Source: Vulcanimicrobiota bacterium (GTDB taxonomy: Bacteria > Vulcanimicrobiota > Vulcanimicrobiia > Vulcanimicrobiales > Vulcanimicrobiaceae). Taken from it: a stretch of DNA of 64,000 bases. The DNA lies in assembly GCA_963786105.1 (NCBI GenBank), contig CAWAXX010000014.1, positions 224,001 through 288,000 of the forward strand. Reading direction: 5' to 3'. The position numbers and the translations under genes are program-made. The notes below the pieces were generated by a model. It did no database searches. It saw only the letters and a list, made by a program, of their open reading frames with translations, and was not told the origin of the DNA. Within the stretch, counting starts at the first letter, position 1. Every line of letters starts with the position of its first letter. Below are positions 39,435 to 48,861 of the stretch, piece by piece.

Positions 39435-42400
39435 CTGGAGTCCTTCGAGGCCCGCTAGCGTCTTTGCGTAGATCGCCTCCAGTTTCTTGTACGCGCCGCG
39501 CATATCGGGCGTCGGGGCGGCGTCGCCGCTCTCGACGGCGCTTTCGAGATACTCCAGCGCGCCTTGCAGGTAAAGCAGGCTGGTAAAATCGCGCGAATAC
39601 GCGCCGACGGAGTCGTCGGGGTTGTCCGGCGGATTTTCGCCGATGATGTCGACGCGCAGCGTGCGCGCCTTGGCCGCCGGCAGCGAATCGCGTGCGATCT
39701 TCTGTGCGCGCGTTCGAGCATCGGTAACGCGCGCGCGCAGCGTCTCGATTGCCGTTGCGAGATCGAACTGGGCCCGCAAGTCGGCATCGCTTGCGGCAAT
39801 GCGCGGATCCCGCAGCACTCGCAGCGCGCCCGAATAGGTCTTGCCGTTGACGCTCAAGCGCACCGTATAGGTCCCGGGCGGCGCCAGCGGACCGTCTTCG
39901 TCTTTGGCGTGGAAGTTCCAAACGAAACGATGCGCGCCGGGATCGGCCGACGGTAGTGTGGGAGCGGCGATCCACGAAGGTACCACCGTCAGCTTTTTAG
40001 GATCGATCGCGACCGGTTTATCGGAGCTCGACCAACGGCGAAGCCGGCTGCCGTCGGCGGCGAGGATTTCGACAACGACCGGCGTTCGTGCGGCCGTCGC
40101 GAGATAGTAATTGACGTTCGCGCCGGTATCCGGATTGGCGGCCGATGGCTCGTCGCGCGGCAGCGGCGTTCCCTCGTCGTTGCCCGGGCGCAACCGGTAC
40201 GTCGCGGTAGGAGCGAACAGGTAGTCTCCGCCGGCGGCGATCGCATCGGCGAATTGCCGAAGCGGCGCTACGTCGTCCATCACCCAAAAGGCGCGGCCGT
40301 GGGTGGCAATCGCGAGATCGTTCCCATGCACGGCGATATCGCGCACCGACGATACCGGAAGATTGCGCTGCAACGGCTGCCAGCGCCCGCCGTCGTCGAA
40401 CGAGACGTACACGCCCTTTTCCGTTCCCGCATAGAGTAAACCGCGGCGCTGCGGATCTTCGCGCACGACGTTAACGAACGAGCCGTCGGGAATGCCGGCG
40501 GCGATCGGCGTCCAGGTGATACCGTCGTCGCCGGTACGATAAATATGAGCCGAATAATCCTCGAGACGATGCCGGTCGATGGCCGCATAGGCGACGTGCG
40601 AATCGAAGTGCGACGCTTCGACGGTCCCGACTTTGCTCCAGGGGGTAAGTTCCGGCGGCGTTACGTTGCGCCAATGTGCGGTCCCGTCGCGCGTTAGCCA
40701 AAGGTACCCGTCGTCGGTCCCCGCCCAAATCACGCCGGCTCGCAGCGGCGACGGCGCGATGGAATACACGACGCCGTGCCGCTGGAGTCCGGCATTGTCG
40801 GCGAGGGTTGCAGTATCGAGATTCGGCGGAGTTCCCTCGTTCGAGCGGCTCAGATCGGGGCTGACGATCGCCCAGGTCTTCCCACCGTCGCGCGAGCGGA
40901 AAATCTTTTGATGGCTGGTGTAGAGCGCGCTCGGATCTGCCGGGGAAAAGACGATCGGCAGCGTCCACGTGTTGCGCCAAGTCGTTCCGGGATAGTTGAG
41001 CGTGGGATCGACGTTGAGTTCCCAGCCGGTATCGACGCGTTCGGCGGTCACGCTTGCGCCATAGACAAGGTCGGGATGTTTCGCATCCGGCGCGATCGAG
41101 CCGCTCTCCCCTCCGACGTCGAGCGGATGAAAATCCCAGCTTGAAATGCCGGCGTACCTGCTGCGGCTTGGTACGGCGGCCGACCCTGAATCCTGTTGCG
41201 CGCCGTACACCCAATATGGAAACCGCTCGTCGGTCGCGATGTGATAAAACTGCCCGGTGGGCTGGTTGTACCACGAGCTCCACGTCGCGCCGTTGTCGAC
41301 GGTAACGACGACGCCTTGGTCGCTCCCGAGAATCATGCGTGTCGGGTCGTTCGGTTCGATCCAAAGCGTGTGATAGTCGTCGCCGCCCGGCGCACCTTTC
41401 ACGGCGTCGAAACTCTTGCCGCCGTCGGTGGAGCGATACGTCGACGTGTTCATAACGTAGACGACGTCGGGATTCTTTGGATCGACGGTAATGCCGCCGA
41501 AGTACCAGCCGCGCCGCCAGATGCGCGTTTCGCCGTCGGTGCGCGTCCAGGTCGCGCCGGCGTCGTCGGAGCGATACGCACCACCGTGCGCGGAGTCCGA
41601 GTCGACGAGCGCGTAGACGCGCGACGCTTTCGATGGCGACACCGCGATGCCGACGTGTCCCACGTTCGCCGGCAGACCGTTCGTTAAATGAGTCCAGGTC
41701 GTGCCGGCATCGGTGGATTTGTATACGCCGCTGCCGGGCTCGTTCGACGGAGGATACACGTTCCACGGCGGTCGCCGCGTTGCCCAGAGCGTTGCGTAGA
41801 TTACGTTTGGGGCGCTTGGGTCGAGGCTGAGATCGATGGCGCCCGTGTCGGGGTCCTTGTAGAGTACTTTGCTCCACGTCCGGCCGCCATCCGTAGTTTT
41901 GAAGACGCCGCGTTCGGCGTTGGGACCGTATTGGTGTCCGAGGGCCGCGACGTACGCGACGTTGGCGTCACGTGGGTCGACGACGATGCTGCCGATTTGG
42001 CGAGAGTCGTCGAGACCCATGTGGGTCCAGGTTTTGCCGCCGTCGCTGGATTTGTACACGCCGTTACCGTAGGCGATATCGGAGCGCATGTCGGCCTCGC
42101 CGGTACCGACGTAGATCGTTTGCGGGTTGCTCGGCGCAACCGCGATGGCGCCAATCGAACCAATGGGCTCGGCATCGAAGACCGGGTTCCAGGTGCGGCC
42201 GGCGTTGAGGGTTTCCCACACGCCGCCGTCAACGGCACCGAAATAGAATCGATCGGGTTGCCCCGGCACGCCCGAAACGGCGAGCGCGCGACCGCCGCGA
42301 AACGGTCCGATCAGGCGCCAGCGCAAACCTCCGAAATACGTCGCGTCGACGTGCGCTAGGCTATTTTCAGACGCGTGGACCGCTACCGTCCACGACGGCA

Positions 42401-42443
42401 CGAGCAGAACGAAGGCAAGGGAGTAGCTCAGCAGACGGTGCAT
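39423..42443 (-). CDS. Secreted VPS10/BNR (Asp-box) repeat beta-propeller protein, glycosyl hydrolase-like
   Basis: Signal peptide, WRLIGPFRGGR, repeated SxDGGxTW Asp-boxes. Confidence 0.88.
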   Translation of the reverse strand: MHRLLSYSLAFVLLVPSWTVAVHASENSLAHVDATYFGGLRWRLIGPFRGGRALAVSGVPGQPDRFYFGAVDGGVWETLNAGRTWNPVFDAEPIGSIGAIAVAPSNPQTIYVGTGEADMRSDIAYGNGVYKSSDGGKTWTHMGLDDSRQIGSIVVDPRDANVAYVAALGHQYGPNAERGVFKTTDGGRTWSKVLYKDPDTGAIDLSLDPSAPNVIYATLWATRRPPWNVYPPSNEPGSGVYKSTDAGTTWTHLTNGLPANVGHVGIAVSPSKASRVYALVDSDSAHGGAYRSDDAGATWTRTDGETRIWRRGWYFGGITVDPKNPDVVYVMNTSTYRSTDGGKSFDAVKGAPGGDDYHTLWIEPNDPTRMILGSDQGVVVTVDNGATWSSWYNQPTGQFYHIATDERFPYWVYGAQQDSGSAAVPSRSRYAGISSWDFHPLDVGGESGSIAPDAKHPDLVYGASVTAERVDTGWELNVDPTLNYPGTTWRNTWTLPIVFSPADPSALYTSHQKIFRSRDGGKTWAIVSPDLSRSNEGTPPNLDTATLADNAGLQRHGVVYSIAPSPLRAGVIWAGTDDGYLWLTRDGTAHWRNVTPPELTPWSKVGTVEASHFDSHVAYAAIDRHRLEDYSAHIYRTGDDGITWTPIAAGIPDGSFVNVVREDPQRRGLLYAGTEKGVYVSFDDGGRWQPLQRNLPVSSVRDIAVHGNDLAIATHGRAFWVMDDVAPLRQFADAIAAGGDYLFAPTATYRLRPGNDEGTPLPRDEPSAANPDTGANVNYYLATAARTPVVVEILAADGSRLRRWSSSDKPVAIDPKKLTVVPSWIAAPTLPSADPGAHRFVWNFHAKDEDGPLAPPGTYTVRLSVNGKTYSGALRVLRDPRIAASDADLRAQFDLATAIETLRARVTDARTRAQKIARDSLPAAKARTLRVDIIGENPPDNPDDSVGAYSRDFTSLLYLQGALEYLESAVESGDAAPTPDMRGAYKKLEAIYAKTLAGLEGLQLAP

Positions 42444-42495
42444 GAGCGCAGCTTACTTCCTTTGCGATGCTACTCCCCTAGGCGTTCGCGAACGC

Positions 42496-43476
42496 CTACC
42501 ACCCGCCGCCCGAGTCGCCACCGCCGCCGCCACCGAAGTCGCCGCCGCCGCTATCACCACCAAAGCCGCCGCCGCTCCAATCTCCGCCGCTAGCGCCGCT
42601 GGTGTCGGCTTGGCCGGCATCGCTTTGCCATCCGCCGGCGGCGTCGCCGCCCCAGCTTCCGCCGCTATCGGGAGCCGCTGATTGACCTGCATCGGCAGGA
42701 CCGATCGCACCGCCGCGATTGCCGAACATTTCGTTGCCCAGCCAAGCGCCGCCTAAGCCTCCGAGCAATCCGCTCCAGAAGCTGCCGCCTCCGCCTCCGC
42801 CATAGCCGCCGTACGGCATTTGGCCTGGGGCACCGCCCGGCGGCATGCCGGGTGGTCCGTACCGCGGCGCCGACATCGAGCGCATTACCGAGCGCAAAAT
42901 CAGAAAGCCGACGACGATGATGATGATCCACCAAAACATGGAGATATGAAACCCTCCGATTGCGGGCGAACTCGGCGCCGTTCGTAGCGTGCCTGCCGAC
43001 GAAGACGTTTGGCGCAAGCTCCCCGCGTGAGCGCGATACACGTTGAGAATACCGTCGACCGCCGACGTGATCCCGGCGTCGTAGTCCTCACTGCGGAACT
43101 GCGACTCCATCGTCGTCCGGATGGATCTCAAGACGTCCGGCGTAAACCATCCGGCCGTCACGCCCGCGCGGTCCGGCACGATGATGTCCTTGCGGTCGTC
43201 GCGCGCGATGAAGACCAACACGCCGTTGACCCGCTGTTGCGCAAACGCGCTGCTTGCTGCGTCCTGCAACGTTGCGCTGCCCAGCGAGGACACCGTCATC
43301 ACGACGATCTCCTTGCCGGTTTGTGCGTTGAAGCTCCCGATGCGCGCACCGAGCGCCGACACCGTGCTTGCCGAGAACATGCCGGCTTGATCTTGCACGA
43401 AGTCGCGGGCGGCGGCCGGAAGAGCCGGAATCGCGACGGCGAGCGTGAAGGCGGCGAGCGCGAGCAGACGTTTCAT
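42496..43476 (-). CDS. TPM domain protein with TM helix and Gly-rich tail
   Basis: Signal peptide, FVQDQAGMFS, EIVVMTV, FRSEDYDAGI, tail ending GGGGDSGGGW. Confidence 0.85.
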   Translation of the reverse strand: MKRLLALAAFTLAVAIPALPAAARDFVQDQAGMFSASTVSALGARIGSFNAQTGKEIVVMTVSSLGSATLQDAASSAFAQQRVNGVLVFIARDDRKDIIVPDRAGVTAGWFTPDVLRSIRTTMESQFRSEDYDAGITSAVDGILNVYRAHAGSLRQTSSSAGTLRTAPSSPAIGGFHISMFWWIIIIVVGFLILRSVMRSMSAPRYGPPGMPPGGAPGQMPYGGYGGGGGGSFWSGLLGGLGGAWLGNEMFGNRGGAIGPADAGQSAAPDSGGSWGGDAAGGWQSDAGQADTSGASGGDWSGGGFGGDSGGGDFGGGGGGDSGGGW

Positions 43477-44198
43477 GCGGTACGGTTCCTCCGAGCGTTC
43501 CTACCGGGTGCCGTGTGCGAAGTTTCGCCGGGCGGTCCCTGCGACATGTCGGCGAAGTGCGCCCGGTCGTCAAAGCCGTGGAGGATATGCGCGTCGAGGA
43601 GATCGCGGGCGGCCGGAAGGTCGCGTCGTTCGACGGCCGCCAGGAAAGCCTCGTGCTCTTCAGCGAGCTCCTCGAGCCGCGCATAGCGGGCGCTGGTAAC
43701 GTCGATATACAGGCGGATCTGCGCGAGCAGGCTCGCGTACGCGCGCTCCAACAGCGAATTGTCCGCCATCGCCATGATGGCGCGATGCATGGCGAGATCC
43801 TCGTCGACGATGCGCTGCCGATTCCGCGTCTTCAATGCACGCCGAAGGGCGGCGACCCGGTCGCGTAGGTCCGCCAGGTCGCGATCGCCGGCGCGTTCGA
43901 TCGCGCGTTCGAGCGCGAAGTGTTCGAGCGCGAGCCGAAACTCCAGCAGCTCGAGCAGGCGACGGCGCTGTAACGGCACGACGATTGCGCCGCGATAGGG
44001 CAGAATAGCGACCAGTCCTTCTTCGCTGAGCTTCAGCAGTGCTTCGCGCACCGGGCTGCGGCTGACGCCCAACTCGCGGGCGACGTCCAACTCGACGATT
44101 CGCGATCCCGGAGCGGCGGCGCCGGCCGCAATGCGTTCGCGCAGGACGGCGGCCACGCGAGTCGCCGTCGAGGCGCGTTCCAGCAAGCCGGCGGTCAC
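43473..44198 (-). CDS. GntR family (FCD) transcriptional regulator
   Basis: PGSRIVELDVARELGVSRSPVREAL, EEH; GTGA overlap with the permease stop. Confidence 0.9.
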   Translation of the reverse strand: MTAGLLERASTATRVAAVLRERIAAGAAAPGSRIVELDVARELGVSRSPVREALLKLSEEGLVAILPYRGAIVVPLQRRRLLELLEFRLALEHFALERAIERAGDRDLADLRDRVAALRRALKTRNRQRIVDEDLAMHRAIMAMADNSLLERAYASLLAQIRLYIDVTSARYARLEELAEEHEAFLAAVERRDLPAARDLLDAHILHGFDDRAHFADMSQGPPGETSHTAPGRNARRNRTA

Positions 44199-45550
44199 GC
44201 GGGCGGCGTCCCGACAGCGCGCCGGCCGGCGGCGAACCACACCCATCCGGCTGCAATAAAGATCAGAAAATAGTAGACGAACCAGCGCTGCGGGGGCGTC
44301 GGTACCGAATAAAACAGCCACACCGTAGGCACGAGCAGCAGGACCACGGCAAATGCCGAAATCGCCAGATCGATCCAACGCAGCTCTTGCTGCCGTTTAA
44401 CATAGACGCCGGCGGCGATCGAGATCAGCGCGTAGATCACGATGAAGCCGAATGAACTCAGCGTGCCGCAGTTGTTGAAGATATCGATCGGCGCGACTCG
44501 GCCAAGCAACGAAACGACGGCAACGAGCAGCGTCGTCGCCGTCACGACGGTGACCGCGACGTTGGGCGTATCGTGCTTGGGCTCGATGCGTCCGAACGCC
44601 GGCGGTAAGAGTCCCGCTACGGCCATCGCGTACGCGACGCGCCCGCCCGTCGTGATGCACGCCAGGCAGACCGAAAATGCGCTACACAGGGCGCCGATCG
44701 CAATCGGTACGCGAAGGTATCCGACGTTGAAAATATCGGCCAGGGTGCCTAGCGGAAACGTTTGCTGGTCCAGCGGCTTGGCCGCATGCGCGAGCCCGAG
44801 AATTTCGGCGTACGTGGCGACGATGAAGAAGATGCTGACGAAGACGACGCTGCCGATGACCGCGCGCGGAATCGTTACGAGCGGGTTTCTCGCTTCGCCT
44901 CCGAACGCCGTGGCGCTCTCGAAGCCGACGAAGCTGAACACCGCAAACATGATCGCCAGACCGATACCGCCGGGAAAGCCGCCTTTAAGCGTCAGTTGAT
45001 TCGTATCGAGCGACGGTCCGTGCTTGACGAGGACGATCGCTACCAGCAAACAGATCACCGCAACCGAAATCGCTTCGAGAACCAGCATGACGATCGCCGA
45101 AACCTGTACTCCTCGATAGGCCGCCTGCCACGCGACCAGCGCGATGACGGCGACGATCGCCACCGCCGGAAGCTGCAGGCCCGTTGGGCCGAGAAGAATG
45201 TTGGTGAAGAGCGCCATCGCGCCGAGGACGGCAGCCGCCACGAATCCGTACGCCCATAGCAGCGACCAACCGGCAATAGCCCCGGCCATCGTCCCCAAAT
45301 TTTCTGAAACGTAGACGTACATCGAACCGGCCGAGCTCGAGCGGCGCGCGAACTGATTGATGTTGAGGGCCACGAAGACCAGCATAGTGCCGCCGAACGC
45401 GTACGCGAGCCACGTACCGTTTCCGGCGTTGGCAAACATGTACGGAGCGATCAGGATCGGCGTCATGCTCGGACCGATCAGCGCCACCGAGGTCGCCAGC
45501 ACCTCGAGGAAGGTGAGCGAACCGGACCGCAAAACCGGCGCTTCGGTCAT
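44195..45550 (-). CDS. APC family amino acid/polyamine permease
   Basis: About 12 TM segments, SAGSMYVY, FSFVGFESATAFGGEARNP; start at ATG 45550 (ATGA overlap). Confidence 0.9.
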   Translation of the reverse strand: MTEAPVLRSGSLTFLEVLATSVALIGPSMTPILIAPYMFANAGNGTWLAYAFGGTMLVFVALNINQFARRSSSAGSMYVYVSENLGTMAGAIAGWSLLWAYGFVAAAVLGAMALFTNILLGPTGLQLPAVAIVAVIALVAWQAAYRGVQVSAIVMLVLEAISVAVICLLVAIVLVKHGPSLDTNQLTLKGGFPGGIGLAIMFAVFSFVGFESATAFGGEARNPLVTIPRAVIGSVVFVSIFFIVATYAEILGLAHAAKPLDQQTFPLGTLADIFNVGYLRVPIAIGALCSAFSVCLACITTGGRVAYAMAVAGLLPPAFGRIEPKHDTPNVAVTVVTATTLLVAVVSLLGRVAPIDIFNNCGTLSSFGFIVIYALISIAAGVYVKRQQELRWIDLAISAFAVVLLLVPTVWLFYSVPTPPQRWFVYYFLIFIAAGWVWFAAGRRAVGTPPA

Positions 45551-46932
45551 CGCGGCCAACGACTGATGACCACGCGCTGCTGGGTGTAGAATGCCACGGC
45601 ATCCTTTCCGTGACAACGCAGGTCCCCGAAGATCGAATCTTTCACGCCGCCGAACGGAAAGAACGCCATCGGGGCGGCGACTCCGACGTTGATGCCTACC
45701 ATTCCGACCGCAACGCGCGCCGCGAAGGTGCGCGCGGCTGCACCGTCGGCGGTAAAAATGGATGACGCGTTGCCGTAGCGCGAGGAGTTGGCCACGGCTA
45801 ACGCCTCGTCCAGCGATGCGACGCGCACGACCGCGAGTACCGGTCCGAAAATCTCGTCGCGCGCGAGTTCGCCGGCGGGGTCGACGCGATCGAAGATTGC
45901 CGGCGAAGCGAACGAACCGCCCGCCGGAACCGCGCGGGGTTCGAGCACCAGGCGCGCGCCGGCCGCACTCGCGCGGCGGACGTAACCTTCGATGCGCGCG
46001 ATCGCTTCGTCGTTGACGACCGGCCCCATGTCCACCGTGGCATCGACGCCGCGGCCCAGGCGGAGATTGGCGGCGGCTTCGACCAGCATCGGGACGATGC
46101 GGTCGCCGGCGTCGCCGACCGCAATCAGCACCGACCCCGCCAAACAGCGTTGCCCGGCTCCGCCGAACGCCGACGCCATCACCGCGCCGACCGTCGAAGC
46201 GTTTACGGCATCGGGCATCACGACGAGATAGTTCTTCGCACCACCTAGCGCCTGAACGCGCTTGTGCGCCCGAACGGCGCGCTCTTGAACGCTGCGTGCG
46301 ACCTTCGACGACCCGACGAACGACACGGCGGCGACGTCCGGATGCTCGATCAACGCTTCGACCGTCTCGGCACCGCCGTGAACGACGGCGAAGATGCCCT
46401 CGGGGAAGCCGCAACCTGCAGCGATTTCGGCGATCAACTCCGACGTGAGCGGCGTCTGCGGCGATGGTTTGAGGACGAACGTGTTGCCGGCGGCCAGGGC
46501 GATGGGGACCATCCACAACGGGATCATGGCGGGAAAATTAAACGGAGTGATGCCGGTGCAAACGCCGAGCGGATAGCGCACCGACGTCGAATCGATGCCG
46601 CGCGCGACGTCGGCGAGCGCGTCGCCCATCATCAGTGACGGCATGCCGCACGCGAACTCAACCGCTTCGATGCCTCGCCGCACTTCGCCGCGAGCGTCGG
46701 CGATCGTTTTGCCGTTTTCGCGCGAAACCGACCTTGCCAAATCTTCGAACCGACGCTCGAGCGCATCGGCAAATCGAAACATGTAGCGAGCGCGTTCGAC
46801 CACCGGAACGGCCGACCACGACGGAAATGCTTCGCCGGCCGCGCGAACCGCGCGGTCGACGCTTGCGCCGTCGCTGGCCGGCACGCGGCCGATGACCTCG
46901 CGAGTTGCCGGGTCGAGAACCGGAACTTCCAC
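45547..46932 (-). CDS. mmsA: CoA-acylating (methyl)malonate-semialdehyde dehydrogenase
   Basis: GITPFNFPAMIPLW, RVQALGGAKNY, AGQRCLA, GINVGVAAP, FPFGGVKDSIFGD; start taken at GTG 46932. Confidence 0.88.
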   Translation of the reverse strand: MEVPVLDPATREVIGRVPASDGASVDRAVRAAGEAFPSWSAVPVVERARYMFRFADALERRFEDLARSVSRENGKTIADARGEVRRGIEAVEFACGMPSLMMGDALADVARGIDSTSVRYPLGVCTGITPFNFPAMIPLWMVPIALAAGNTFVLKPSPQTPLTSELIAEIAAGCGFPEGIFAVVHGGAETVEALIEHPDVAAVSFVGSSKVARSVQERAVRAHKRVQALGGAKNYLVVMPDAVNASTVGAVMASAFGGAGQRCLAGSVLIAVGDAGDRIVPMLVEAAANLRLGRGVDATVDMGPVVNDEAIARIEGYVRRASAAGARLVLEPRAVPAGGSFASPAIFDRVDPAGELARDEIFGPVLAVVRVASLDEALAVANSSRYGNASSIFTADGAAARTFAARVAVGMVGINVGVAAPMAFFPFGGVKDSIFGDLRCHGKDAVAFYTQQRVVISRWPR

Positions 46933-46934
46933 GG

Positions 46935-48266
46935 TTACATCCCTTCTTCGAGCGTGGTGAGCGCGGCGTCGAGAATAGCCGTCGCTTCGTCGAGCTCGGC
47001 CGGTCCGGCGACGAGCGGCGGGGCGACGATTGCGGTGTTGTAACGACCGAACAGGTACAGCCCGCGCGCCAGCAGGTCGTTGAAAAACGGCTGAAGCGAC
47101 GCCGTCCCCTGCCACGCAACCAACGGTTCTCGCGATTCGCGGTCGCGCACGAGTTCGAGTCCGAAGAACGCGCCGACCCCGCGGACCTCACCGAGCGAGC
47201 GATGGCGGCGCTGCAACTCGTCTAACCGCGCCCGTAACGGTTGCTCCATCTCTCTGGCGCGTTCGAAGATATTTTCGTCGCGATATGCGTTGAGGGCGGC
47301 GACGCCCGCCGCCATTCCCAGCGGATGGCCGCTGAAGGTATGCCCGCTGGGGAGCGGATGCGTGTCGAAGTGTGACGCGAGCGATTCGCGCACCGCAACG
47401 CCGCCGAGCGGAACGTATGCCGAGGTTACGCCTTTGGCGAACGTGAACATATCGGGCACCACGCCGAAGCGTTCCGACGCAAACGCCGCGCCGGTGCGTC
47501 CGAAGCCCGTCATCACCTCGTCGAAGATCAGCAGAATGCCGTAGCGATCGCACAGCTCGCGCAGGCCGTGCAGATAGCCTTCGGGATAGACGACGACGCC
47601 GTTCGATCCGACGATCGGCTCGACGAGCAGCGCCGCGATGCGGTCGCCGCCTTCATACGTGACGATCTCGTCCAGGTGCGCGAGCGCACGCGCGCACTCT
47701 TCGCCGGCGTCGCGCGTGAAGAACGGGCTGCGGTACGGAAACGGCGCGAAGAAACGAACGACGCCGGGAAGGCCCGGTTCGTTTGGCCAGCGGCGGTTCT
47801 CACCGGTCAGCGTCCCGGCGCCCGGCGCCGATCCGTGGAACGACCGGTACGCGGTGAGCACCTTGTGCCGTCCGGTCAGCGCACGCGCGAACTTGACGGC
47901 ATCTTCGTTCGCCTCGCCGCCGCCGGTCGTGAAGAATGTTCGGCCTTCGCCCTTCCACGGACCGATGTTGGCGATCGCCTGTGCGAGCCGCGCGCGATTC
48001 TCGTCGCCGAAACTTGGCGGTGCGTACCCGAGGCGGGCGGCCTGTTCGCCGATCGCCTTAGCGAGGCCGGCGTGCCCGTGCCCGAGGTTGACCGCGACTA
48101 ATCCCGAGACGAAATCGAGATAGCGATTTCCGCGGTCATCGTAGAGGTAACACCCCTCGCCCCGGACGATGGTGGGCGGACGCCGGTTGCCCTGCGCAAC
48201 CCACGGCGTCAGTACGTGGCGGGCATGAATTTCGGCGGGGTCTTCGCGCAACTCAATGTTCTGCAT
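46935..48266 (-). CDS. Class III PLP aminotransferase (beta-alanine/omega-amino acid--pyruvate type)
   Basis: YLDFVSGL, YRSFHG, DEVMTGFGRTG, AKGVTSAYVPLGG, GHTFSGHP; followed by mmsA. Confidence 0.88.
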   Translation of the reverse strand: MQNIELREDPAEIHARHVLTPWVAQGNRRPPTIVRGEGCYLYDDRGNRYLDFVSGLVAVNLGHGHAGLAKAIGEQAARLGYAPPSFGDENRARLAQAIANIGPWKGEGRTFFTTGGGEANEDAVKFARALTGRHKVLTAYRSFHGSAPGAGTLTGENRRWPNEPGLPGVVRFFAPFPYRSPFFTRDAGEECARALAHLDEIVTYEGGDRIAALLVEPIVGSNGVVVYPEGYLHGLRELCDRYGILLIFDEVMTGFGRTGAAFASERFGVVPDMFTFAKGVTSAYVPLGGVAVRESLASHFDTHPLPSGHTFSGHPLGMAAGVAALNAYRDENIFERAREMEQPLRARLDELQRRHRSLGEVRGVGAFFGLELVRDRESREPLVAWQGTASLQPFFNDLLARGLYLFGRYNTAIVAPPLVAGPAELDEATAILDAALTTLEEGM

Positions 48267-48281
48267 GGGGCGGTATTGCAC

Positions 48282-48293
48282 ATTGTCGACAAT
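48282..48293. promoter_or_regulatory. Probable GntR operator
   Basis: Perfect 12-bp palindrome ATTGTCGACAAT 15 nt upstream of the aminotransferase ATG of an operon that encodes a GntR. Confidence 0.6.
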
Positions 48294-48313
48294 CCTTCCC
48301 GCCGCACTCCCCA

Positions 48314-48360
48314 TGTCATCCTGAGCGGAGGTGCGCGTAGCGCACCGCAGTCGAAGGACG
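48314..48360. repeat. REP-like palindromic element
   Basis: TGTCATCCTGAGC...GTCGAAGGAC ends enclosing a GGTGCGC-GTA-GCGCACC hairpin; single copy in the window. Confidence 0.55.
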
Positions 48361-48361
48361 C

Positions 48362-48508
48362 TCAGCGTACCTTCAAGCCGATGACGATCAGACCGCCGGC
48401 AACGCTCAGCGCAAAGAAGACGATGAAAATCCACACCGCGAGCCGCTTCCAAAAATCCCGCCTCGCACGCGCGGATCGCGTTTCGTGCGTCGGCCGGCGC
48501 GACTTCAC
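48362..48508 (-). CDS. 48-aa single-pass membrane protein (not separately called in the ORF track)
   Basis: MKSRRPTHETRSARARRDFWKRLAVWIFIVFFALSVAGGLIVIGLKVR; GTGA overlap with the rsfS stop. Confidence 0.65.
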   Translation of the reverse strand: MKSRRPTHETRSARARRDFWKRLAVWIFIVFFALSVAGGLIVIGLKVR

Positions 48509-48861
48509 GGGGCTTGCGCCTGGCGCTTCGCGACCTCCGACCAGAGACGCTCGATGTTGTAGAAGTCGCGCTGTTCGGGTGTAAAAACGTGCGCGATGAC
48601 GTTGCCGAGATCGATGAGAATCCAGCCGCCGTCGGCGTAGCCTTCGATTCGCGAGATGGAGCGGCCGTCGCGCTCGACCGCTTCGACGATGGCGTCGGCG
48701 ATCGCGCGCGTTTGAACTTTGGATCGGCCGGTAAGGACCGCGAAGGTATCGGCTAAGATCGTTCGTCCGCCGACGTCGATGGCGATAAAGTCTTCGGCTT
48801 TCTTGTCGAGCGCTGCGTCGCGGACGACGTCGATCAGTTCGCGGATGCGTGAGCCTCCCAT
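48505..48861 (-). CDS. rsfS: Ribosome silencing factor
   Basis: DKKAED, WILIDLGNVIAHVF..R.FYNIERLW; exact start uncertain. Confidence 0.93.
   Translation of the reverse strand: MGGSRIRELIDVVRDAALDKKAEDFIAIDVGGRTILADTFAVLTGRSKVQTRAIADAIVEAVERDGRSISRIEGYADGGWILIDLGNVIAHVFTPEQRDFYNIERLWSEVAKRQAQAP

Noticed and set aside
42496..42860. GCC-rich repeats resembling a tandem repeat or array
   Set aside because: They encode the Gly-rich tail of the TPM protein; there is no repeat-spacer structure
45551..46516. N-terminal extensions in the ORF track (permease to 46516, epimerase from 25596, selA from 55410, gabT to 61521, pepP to 4973)
   Set aside because: They overlap other real genes or intergenic DNA and are not protein-like; downstream starts fit the family N-termini, so these are not fusions
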